NCBI GenBank assembly: GCA_964413605.1
Contig: CAYPSV010000001.1
Location: forward strand, 47,628 to 111,627
DNA length: 64,000 bases
DNA from: an uncultured Candidatus Bathyarchaeia archaeon
Lineage (GTDB): Archaea > Thermoproteota > Bathyarchaeia > Bathyarchaeales > Bathycorpusculaceae
Reading direction: 5' to 3'
Shown: in pieces, positions 1 through 6,704 of the stretch
Numbering within the stretch: the first letter of the stretch is position 1
Layout of the letters: every line of letters starts with the position of its first letter
Notes under the pieces: model-generated
Told to the model about the DNA's origin: nothing
The model's database searches: none
Seen by the model: the letters and a program-made list of their open reading frames with translations, nothing else
Program-made: the position numbers and the translations under genes

Positions 1-234
1 TCGTTTTACTGCACCAGGGATTTCGTCATCAAAGCTTGGCCAGCCACAGTCAGCTTCGAATTTGTTTTCAGAACGGTAGAGTTTTGCACCGCAACGTTTG
101 CAAACGTAGGTGCCTTTTTGCCAGAACGCGAAATATTTGCCTGTGAAGGGCATTTCGGTCCCTTTGTGTACTATAACCTGTTCCTCTTCAGGGGTTAGTT
201 CTTTTAGGTTGGATTGATTTTTAGATTCAGTCAA
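1..234 (-). CDS. msrB: Peptide-methionine (R)-S-oxide reductase MsrB, partial (C-terminus outside window)
   Basis: Not in the ORF track because it runs off the edge. Reverse translation from TTG at 234 gives LTESKNQSNLKELTPEEEQVIVHKGTEMPFTGKYFAFWQKGTYVCKRCGAKLYRSENKFEADCGWPSFDDEIPGAVKR. This carries the SelR/MsrB signatures GTE-PFTG-Y, CxxC and GWPSF. Confidence 0.8.
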   Translation of the reverse strand, partial: MTESKNQSNLKELTPEEEQVIVHKGTEMPFTGKYFAFWQKGTYVCKRCGAKLYRSENKFEADCGWPSFDDEIPGAVKR

Positions 235-347
235 TAAAACACCGATATACCGTTACTCTTGGAAAGTAAAAAACAATTCTCTATAGAAAGCATTCAAAAA
301 ACAGTTATAAGGATGCGCTTAATATTTTATTAGATAAAGGTTTTTTT

Positions 348-629
348 ATGGTTGAGATTACGAAATTATTTTGGAGAAACGCTTACACTTCTGATAGTTT
401 CTTACTTGGTGAAGTGCATAGCGCGGAATTAGACACGAGTAATTGGCAAATAATCAATTTGTTCGTCGCATTATCGGAGGAAGCTTCAAAAAAACTCGGG
501 TTCAAGCATCCTTATCTTGGTAAAGTTATCGTTTGTTTGCCGGTTTCAAATGTTGAATCCATATCCGAAAAAGTAGTCTTAAACAAAACTATCGAGGAAC
601 TTAAAACCCTCAGACAATGCAGAGAATAA
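348..629 (+). CDS. Hypothetical protein (93 aa)
   Basis: ATG ORF in an otherwise empty region. I recognise no motif. Confidence 0.4.
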   Translation: MVEITKLFWRNAYTSDSFLLGEVHSAELDTSNWQIINLFVALSEEASKKLGFKHPYLGKVIVCLPVSNVESISEKVVLNKTIEELKTLRQCRE

Positions 630-637
630 GACTGCTT

Positions 638-841
638 CTAATCTTTTCTATTTTTTCCTCTTTTTCTTAGTATCAACGAAAAGATTGTTCCGAAGACTGC
701 CACTAAACCTACAATTGAAGCCGCTATTACGAGTGGTGACGGAAGGGCTGTTAGTTTTGCATGTAACAAAAGTGGAATAGGCATTACAACTAAAACGGAG
801 ACAAGTAGAAAGGTTGCATCTTTGTGCATTTGTTTCACCAT
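638..841 (-). CDS. Small membrane protein (67 aa, two hydrophobic helices, basic C-tail)
   Basis: Hydrophobic stretches FLLVSVLVVMPIPLLL and IVGLVAVFGTIFSLIL are followed by RKRGKNRKD. Confidence 0.35.
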   Translation of the reverse strand: MVKQMHKDATFLLVSVLVVMPIPLLLHAKLTALPSPLVIAASIVGLVAVFGTIFSLILRKRGKNRKD

Positions 842-886
842 ATTCTTGGCAGATTATTTGGTTAAAAGCGTTGTTGTCAAGATTTA

Positions 887-927
887 TTGACTAATTAACA
901 ATTTTTTAGTCAAGAAACTTTGACTAA
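887..927. promoter_or_regulatory. Three copies of the octamer TTGACTAA (direct, inverted, direct) upstream of hdrC; candidate operator
   Basis: TTGACTAA lies at 887-894, its complement TTAGTCAA at 906-913, and TTGACTAA again at 920-927. A related AGTCAGG follows at about 931-937. The block sits about 200 nt upstream of hdrC. Confidence 0.35.
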
Positions 928-1133
928 AGAGTCAGGTTCATAAGTTTATTATGTTTTTTCCTGCGCGCTTTCTTTGAAGATGTTATTCATCAATCTAATT
1001 TGATCGTTACTCACTTGAACGTTGGAAGATTATGCGTTGAATTGACTGAATCTTTATGTAGTTGAAATGGGCTTTCTGAAATAACAAGCACATTGTAGTG
1101 CTATCGAATTTAATCAGTGCAAGGTTAAACCTT

Positions 1134-1697
1134 ATGACTGAGATAGCAGCTGATTCAGCCCAAAACAAAAATAAACCAATTAGAGCTTCCGAACTTGACC
1201 CAAAATTCAAGTATGAACTGCAAAAGATGCATGGAAGCGAAAAAATTCTTAAGTGTTTCCAGTGTGGGACATGCACTTCTGACTGTCCAGTAGCCCGCTA
1301 CAGCGATGATTATAGACCGAGAACCCTAATTCATATGGCTCAACTAGGATTGAAAGATCGTGTGCTAAACTGCAACACTCTTTGGCTATGCGCAGCTTGC
1401 TTCACGTGCACAGATCGTTGCCCACAAGACGTTGAAGTGGCTGCTGTAATCCGCGTTTTCCGAAACCTAGCCGTTGAAAAAGGATGTATCCCCCAAGTCT
1501 TTAAAGATCAAGCTCAAAGCCTAATCGAATCCGGATACGCTTACAAAATTCCGGATCTTCGCATAAAGAAACGCGAATCTCAAGGACTTCCCCCTCTGCC
1601 AAAAGGCAACGCTGAAAACGTTAAGAAAGCTCTCAAAGGTGTAAAATTCATCGAAGCACTCCAAAAACCAGCAGGAGAAAAACCAAGTGACCAATAA
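1134..1697 (+). CDS. hdrC: Heterodisulfide reductase subunit C-like (2x[4Fe-4S] ferredoxin domain)
   Basis: Motifs CFQCGTCTSDCP and CAACFTCTDRCP. Overlaps hdrB. The track ORF starts at GTG 1098; ATG 1134 is preferred. Confidence 0.85.
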   Translation: MTEIAADSAQNKNKPIRASELDPKFKYELQKMHGSEKILKCFQCGTCTSDCPVARYSDDYRPRTLIHMAQLGLKDRVLNCNTLWLCAACFTCTDRCPQDVEVAAVIRVFRNLAVEKGCIPQVFKDQAQSLIESGYAYKIPDLRIKKRESQGLPPLPKGNAENVKKALKGVKFIEALQKPAGEKPSDQ

Positions 1698-2580
1698 ATA
1701 TCTGATTTTTCTTGGATGCGCGATTCCCTATCGAGTTTCAAGCTTTGAAATTTCATCCCGTAAAGTTCTGGACAAACTCGGAGTTGAGCTAGTAGAAATG
1801 CCAGAATTCAACTGCTGTGGATTACCGTTGGATCCTGTTAGCCACGAAACTATGCTTATTATGGCGGCAAAAAACTTGGCTTTAGCCGAACGGCAGGGCT
1901 TAAACATTCTTACTCTCTGCCCCGGATGCGCAGGAACTTTAAAAAAAGTTAATAAAATCCTAAAGGCTGACAAAGCCCTCAAAGAAGAAATCAACACTCA
2001 CCTAAAAGAAATAAACTTGCAGTTTGAAGGAACAATTGAAGCCAAACATCTTCTTCAGCTTCTAAAAGAGGATGTTGGCATTGAAAAAATCAAAGACTCT
2101 GTCATTAAACCCCTAACCAACCTGAAAGTTGCTGAACATAACGGCTGCCATATACTCAGACCCAAAGAATTCATAGGTTTTGACGATCCTGAGGACCCCC
2201 AAACCCTAAAAATGCTTATTGAAGCTACAGGTGCAACTTGCCTTGACTATATAGATGAAACTGAATGCTGTGGAGCTCCAAGCGTTGGCGTAAGCGATAA
2301 AGTCGCTTTAGCGCTGGCAAAAGACAAGCTAAGCCACGTAAAGCAAGTTGACGCGCAAGCTCTAATAACAATATGTCCTTTTTGTCACATAATGTATGAC
2401 ACAAACGAACTTCGGATAGAGAAACTGTTTAATGAAACCTATGGTATTCCAATACTACATTATCCGCAATTACTCGGTTTAGCAATGGGTATGACACCTG
2501 AAGAATTAGCCTTCAGTGACCTACGAGTAAGCCCATCAAGTATGTTAAAACAATTAAATCAAGGAGCAAACAAAGCGTGA
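1687..2580 (+). CDS. hdrB: Heterodisulfide reductase subunit B-like (two CCG domains)
   Basis: NCCGLPL...CPGC and ECCGAPS...CPFC are the duplicated CCG cysteine motifs. GTG start overlaps the hdrC stop. Confidence 0.9.
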   Translation: MTNKYLIFLGCAIPYRVSSFEISSRKVLDKLGVELVEMPEFNCCGLPLDPVSHETMLIMAAKNLALAERQGLNILTLCPGCAGTLKKVNKILKADKALKEEINTHLKEINLQFEGTIEAKHLLQLLKEDVGIEKIKDSVIKPLTNLKVAEHNGCHILRPKEFIGFDDPEDPQTLKMLIEATGATCLDYIDETECCGAPSVGVSDKVALALAKDKLSHVKQVDAQALITICPFCHIMYDTNELRIEKLFNETYGIPILHYPQLLGLAMGMTPEELAFSDLRVSPSSMLKQLNQGANKA

Positions 2581-3563
2581 GCCAAAAATTAAAAATAGCC
2601 TTCTATTGGGCTGCAAGTTGTGGCGGTTGCGAAATAGCCGTCTTGGACTTAAACGAAAAAATCCTCGATGTAGTAAAAATCGCCGACATAGTCTTCTGGC
2701 CCGTAGCCATAGACGTCAAATATAAGGATGTAGAAGCCCTTCCCGACAAATACATTGATATAACATTCTTCAACGGGTCCATCCGTAACTCAGAACAAGA
2801 ACACATGGCAAAAGTTCTACGTGCAAAATCTAAAACCTTGGTTGCATTTGGTTCATGTGCCCACGAAGGATGCGTGCCCGGCTTAGCCAACCTTAGCGAT
2901 AAGAAAGAAATTTTTGAGCAAGTCTACATTAAAGACAAATCCAACGTCAACCCAAATGCAACTGTACCCAAAACTCAATCACAAGTCAAAGAAGGCACAC
3001 TAAAAATTCCAGAGTTCTACGACACTGTCAAAACTCTTGGACAAACAGTAGACGTCGACTATTATCTTCCAGGTTGTCCACCTCCAGTTAAACTAATCGC
3101 AGCGGCGGTGGATGCAATCGCTTCAAACAAACTCCCACCAAAAGGCTCAGTACTTGCTCCACTAAAAGCAGTGTGCGATGAATGCCCACGAACACGTGAA
3201 AACAAAAAAATCGACAAAATCTATCGTGTCTATGAGAAGATTCCTGAACCGGAAAAATGCCTCATGGAACAAGGTATTCTCTGCATGGGAATGGCAACCA
3301 GAAGCGGTTGTGGTGCGCAATGCCTAAAGGTTGATATGCCCTGCACAGGTTGCGGTGGAGCAGCCCCCAATGTGCCTGAGCAAGGTGCCGCTATGATAAC
3401 TGCCTTGGGCTCAATTCTTGGGTACGACGGCGTAGAAGGAAAAACCAAGTACACTGAAGAAGAAATTGAAGACCTAATGAACCAAATCAAAGACCCAGTT
3501 GGCACTGTCTACATGTACAGTTTGCCAGCATCAATCTTAAAAAGAAAGGTGATTAAAAAATGA
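2577..3563 (+). CDS. mvhG: Cytoplasmic (group 3, Mvh-like) [NiFe]-hydrogenase small subunit
   Basis: N-terminal WAASCGGCEIAVLDL, GSCAHEGC, LPGCPP and a C-terminal Cys cluster region (CMGMATRSGCGAQC...CTGCGG). GTGA overlap with hdrB and ATGA overlap with mvhA. Confidence 0.85.
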   Translation: MSQKLKIAFYWAASCGGCEIAVLDLNEKILDVVKIADIVFWPVAIDVKYKDVEALPDKYIDITFFNGSIRNSEQEHMAKVLRAKSKTLVAFGSCAHEGCVPGLANLSDKKEIFEQVYIKDKSNVNPNATVPKTQSQVKEGTLKIPEFYDTVKTLGQTVDVDYYLPGCPPPVKLIAAAVDAIASNKLPPKGSVLAPLKAVCDECPRTRENKKIDKIYRVYEKIPEPEKCLMEQGILCMGMATRSGCGAQCLKVDMPCTGCGGAAPNVPEQGAAMITALGSILGYDGVEGKTKYTEEEIEDLMNQIKDPVGTVYMYSLPASILKRKVIKK

Positions 3564-5014
3564 AAGAAATAATAATCGACCCAATAACTCGCCTCGAAGG
3601 TCATGGAAACGTTTCCATATTCCTGAATGATCAAGGCGAAGTGGAAAATGCTTACCTAAAAATCCCTGAACTTCGCGGATTTGAGAAATTCTGCATCGGA
3701 AGAAGAGCCGAACTCATGCCGCAATTAACCACAAGAATATGCGGTGTCTGCCCCGTTGCACACCACATGGCTGCAGCCAAAGCTTTAGATGCCGCATTCA
3801 ACGTTGAACCGCCCTCACCTGCAAAGAAACTCCGCGAACTAATGTACAGTGCCTACTTCATATACGACCATATCCTCCACTTCTATTTCCTCGGCGGTCC
3901 TGACTTTGTTGTTGGACCCGATGCACCAGCAGAAAAACGCAACATCTTAGGAGTCATCGAAAAGGTAGGTATACCAGTCGCGTCGGAAGTCATAAAACAT
4001 CGCGCTTACGGTCAAAAAATTACGGAAATACTCGGAGGAAAAGCTACCCATCCAGTTTGTGCTTTGCCGGGTGGAATATCTAAAGCCCTCAGCGAAGAGA
4101 ACCGCCAAGAAATCGAGAAAATGGCTTCTTCATGCGTAGACTTTGCTCAATTCAGCCTCAAACTTTTCCACGATGTTGTATTAGGCAACACCAAATATGT
4201 TGACTTGATTAAAAGTCCAGCCTATACAATGCCAACCTATTATATGGGGACCGTTGACGAAAACAACAAAGTCAACTTCTATGATGGCAAAATCCGCGTA
4301 GTTGATCCAAACGGTCACGAATTCTTAAAGTTTGAATCTAAAGATTATCTCAAGCATATAGGTGAACACGTCGAAGAATGGACGTATAGCAAATTCCCAT
4401 ACCTCAAAGCAGTTGGCTGGAAAGGACAAGTTTACGGTCCTGACAGCGGCGTTTACCGAGTAGGTCCGCTTGGACGCCTAAATGCTTCATACGGCATGGC
4501 AACACCTTTAGCGCAAGCAGAATACGAAGTCATGTACAAGACCCTCGGCGGCAAACCAGTCCACAGCACATTAGCTTTCCACTGGGCAAGACTCATCGAA
4601 CTTCTCTACGCAACTGAACGCACTATGGAACTGGTTAAAGATCCAGAAATCACAAGCACAAACATCCGAAACAAACCTGGCGAACCAGGACAAGGAGTCG
4701 GAATCGTTGAAGCAGCACGAGGCACACTCATACACGACTACACTCTTGACAAAGATGCGTTGGTCAAAGATGTTAACCTGATCGTTGCAACAACCAACAA
4801 TTACCCCGCAATCTGCATGAGCATACGTGACGCCGCAAAGGGCTTAATCCACGAAGGCAAAGTAGACCAAGGCATACTGAATAAAGTTGAAATGTCGTTT
4901 AGAGCTTACGATCCATGTTTTGGCTGCGCTACCCACTTTGCAGTTGGACAAATGCCACTAACTGTTGAAGTGTTTAACTCGCAAAAACAGCTAGTTAGCT
5001 CGGTTAGTCGTTAA
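3560..5014 (+). CDS. mvhA: [NiFe]-hydrogenase large subunit (MvhA-like)
   Basis: ITRLEGHG, the N-terminal Ni-binding motif RICGVCPVAHH and the C-terminal DPCFGCATH. A roughly 25-aa tail follows, consistent with endopeptidase processing. Confidence 0.9.
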   Translation: MKEIIIDPITRLEGHGNVSIFLNDQGEVENAYLKIPELRGFEKFCIGRRAELMPQLTTRICGVCPVAHHMAAAKALDAAFNVEPPSPAKKLRELMYSAYFIYDHILHFYFLGGPDFVVGPDAPAEKRNILGVIEKVGIPVASEVIKHRAYGQKITEILGGKATHPVCALPGGISKALSEENRQEIEKMASSCVDFAQFSLKLFHDVVLGNTKYVDLIKSPAYTMPTYYMGTVDENNKVNFYDGKIRVVDPNGHEFLKFESKDYLKHIGEHVEEWTYSKFPYLKAVGWKGQVYGPDSGVYRVGPLGRLNASYGMATPLAQAEYEVMYKTLGGKPVHSTLAFHWARLIELLYATERTMELVKDPEITSTNIRNKPGEPGQGVGIVEAARGTLIHDYTLDKDALVKDVNLIVATTNNYPAICMSIRDAAKGLIHEGKVDQGILNKVEMSFRAYDPCFGCATHFAVGQMPLTVEVFNSQKQLVSSVSR

Positions 5015-5021
5015 AAAAACC

Positions 5022-5042
5022 TTTTTCTTTTTTTAATTTTTC
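5022..5042 (+). terminator. Oligo-T tract after mvhA (archaeal-type terminator)
   Basis: tttttctttttttaattttt lies immediately after the stop codon. Confidence 0.4.
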
Positions 5043-5212
5043 TTCGTTCTATAGGCGTCCCAGATTAAATTTTAATCTTTCTCTCTCTCTCAAATTCTAA
5101 AAACTACTACTTCCTCTTACTGCCAAAGGCCATGGTTTTCAATGTTCTCCAATTCAGTGATATGACAAAAAGTTGCAACCGCTCATCATAAACAATGTCT
5201 TTTTTTTCTCAT

Positions 5213-5476
5213 TCAGAACTGGAAAAAAATATTTTTCGCAAAATAATTTTCAAGTTTAGAAAAATTTTGTTCGCAGTCTCCACACAAAAAAGGCAGTTTT
5301 GGTAAATCTTGCATACGTTTTTCAGGATTTTTTGTCCCTCTTAAAAAACCCGTAGCTGATGTTTGTTTTAGCCAAACGGAAACAAACCTCGGAATTATAT
5401 GACTTACTCTAAGATCTGATTCTTTATTGCAAAGGGCACATTTTCCGCGGTTCATGTTATCACTCTTGGAGTCCAA
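5213..5476 (-). CDS. Small Cys-rich (two CxxC, zinc-ribbon-like) protein, 87 aa
   Basis: CALCNKES...SHIIPRF...CGDCEQNF. Overlaps the upstream 76-aa ORF by 25 nt. Confidence 0.4.
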   Translation of the reverse strand: MDSKSDNMNRGKCALCNKESDLRVSHIIPRFVSVWLKQTSATGFLRGTKNPEKRMQDLPKLPFLCGDCEQNFSKLENYFAKNIFFQF

Positions 5477-5682
5477 TTCTTTTTTTCATTTCTCAAATAT
5501 TTGGCTAATAGTAACGCTTCTTCACAAATCAGCGTGTCAATGGTTTGTCTTTTTCCAACCTTGATTCTTTCAACGTCAACCATGCGGTCAAAGAAAGCGT
5601 TCAAATCCTCAGCTAAACTATCGGTCTCATATTCTTTTAGATGTATTTTTTTGCCCATTTTAAGATGCATCATAAAAATCAT
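5452..5682 (-). CDS. Small hypothetical protein (76 aa or shorter; alternative start MGKKIHL at 5658)
   Basis: ORF co-oriented with and overlapping 5213-5476. No motif recognised. Confidence 0.4.
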   Translation of the reverse strand: MIFMMHLKMGKKIHLKEYETDSLAEDLNAFFDRMVDVERIKVGKRQTIDTLICEEALLLAKYLRNEKKNWTPRVIT

Positions 5683-5772
5683 TGGGGTCTCTATGAAAAA
5701 ATCCCTTAGATTTTAGGGTAAACCCTTATGTGTACTGGGCATTAATTGATTTCATTAAAGAGCAGGTTTATT

Positions 5773-6138
5773 ATGCAAGTGCAACCTCAACCATCAAATC
5801 CAGAACACAAACGTATGAAACGTGAAAAGAAAACCATCGGGTATATGGTTGATATCTACTGTAAAAACCACCACGGGACGCAAGGTGAGCTCTGTAAAGA
5901 GTGTCAAGAATTCGAAGACTATGCTTTCTTGCGGCTGGATAAGTGTGTTTTTCAGGACAAGAAAAGCACCTGCGGCAAATGTCTTATTCACTGCTACAAG
6001 CCAGGCATGAAAGAGAAAGCAAAAATCGTAATGCGTTATGCAGGTCCACGCATGCTCATTCATCATCCAACTTTGGCATTGCATCATGTTTGGGATGCAC
6101 GCAGAGAACCACCCGTGCTCGCAAAGAAAACGGATTAG
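5773..6138 (+). CDS. Nitrous-oxide-stimulated-promoter (YgbA-like) family Cys-rich protein
   Basis: IYCKNHHG...LCKECQEF..YA..RLDKC.F...K..C.KC.IHCYKP......IVMRYAGPRM.. matches my recollection of the YgbA_NO family. Start uncertain (TTG 5746, ATG 5773 or ATG 5815). Confidence 0.7.
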   Translation: MQVQPQPSNPEHKRMKREKKTIGYMVDIYCKNHHGTQGELCKECQEFEDYAFLRLDKCVFQDKKSTCGKCLIHCYKPGMKEKAKIVMRYAGPRMLIHHPTLALHHVWDARREPPVLAKKTD

Positions 6139-6181
6139 GGAAGCTTTTTCTAGCTTCTCGCGTTTTTCATATTGATATTGA

Positions 6182-6670
6182 ATGAATAGTAGCATTGAAG
6201 CTGAACTAAGGAATTGGCTTGTTGGCGCTAAAAAAATTGTGGTTGCTGGTATTGGAAACCCTATTCGTTCAGACGACTATGTGGGTCTAAAAATAGTTGA
6301 GGATTTACAAGGTAGAACCTCCAAGAAAGTTCTCTTATTGGAATGCGAGACTGTTCCTGAAAGCTTCCTTTTAGATATTGAAGAGTACGGACCCACCCAT
6401 GTCCTTTTGATCGATGCTGCCTTGTTGGAATTAAAGCCGGGGGAGATTCGGTTGGTTGAGCCTGAAAGGGTTGTGGATTTTTCGGCGATTACCTCACACG
6501 TTTTGCCCTTAAAGGTGTTCTGTGAATATGTAAGTAAGGTAACAGGTGCCAAAATTGGTCTGTTGCTTGTAGAACCCAAATGCATGGAGTTTGGCGAAGG
6601 CTTAAGCACTGAAGTTGCTGCAACTGCAAAGACTCTGACAAAGATGCTGATAAAGTTGCTAAAGAGTTAA
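6182..6670 (+). CDS. Hydrogenase maturation endopeptidase (HycI/FrhD/HoxW family)
   Basis: VVAGIGNPIRSDDYVGLKIVEDL and LIDAA...PGEI are typical of the family. Confidence 0.85.
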   Translation: MNSSIEAELRNWLVGAKKIVVAGIGNPIRSDDYVGLKIVEDLQGRTSKKVLLLECETVPESFLLDIEEYGPTHVLLIDAALLELKPGEIRLVEPERVVDFSAITSHVLPLKVFCEYVSKVTGAKIGLLLVEPKCMEFGEGLSTEVAATAKTLTKMLIKLLKS

Positions 6671-6704
6671 ATTATATCTATATCAAACCAGAATAGGTGT
6701 TCTA

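Noticed and set aside
1007-1276. 89-aa reverse ORF overlapping the hdrC start region.
   Set aside because: It overlaps the conserved ferredoxin-motif region of hdrC on the other strand and has no features.
3560-5014. Selenocysteine or in-frame recoding in the hydrogenase large subunit or Hdr genes.
   Set aside because: All four ORFs are uninterrupted, and the Ni-binding motifs use Cys (RICGVC, DPCFGC). There is no in-frame TGA.
5107-5215. Possible frameshifted 3' extension of the 87-aa Cys-rich ORF. An A8 run on the reverse strand (5200-5207) lies just past its stop, and another frame stays open for 33 codons (EKKDIVYDERLQLFVISLNWRTLKTMAFGSKRK).
   Set aside because: The in-frame stop (5213-5215) lies before the homopolymer, and the open frame has its own stop at 5209-5211. 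Rescue would therefore need two frame changes. That is not enough to call a pseudogene.
5794-6195. 133-aa reverse-strand ORF and two forward alternative-frame ORFs overlapping the YgbA-like gene.
   Set aside because: The forward frame encoding the conserved Cys pattern of the YgbA-like family explains the region. The others are frame shadows.
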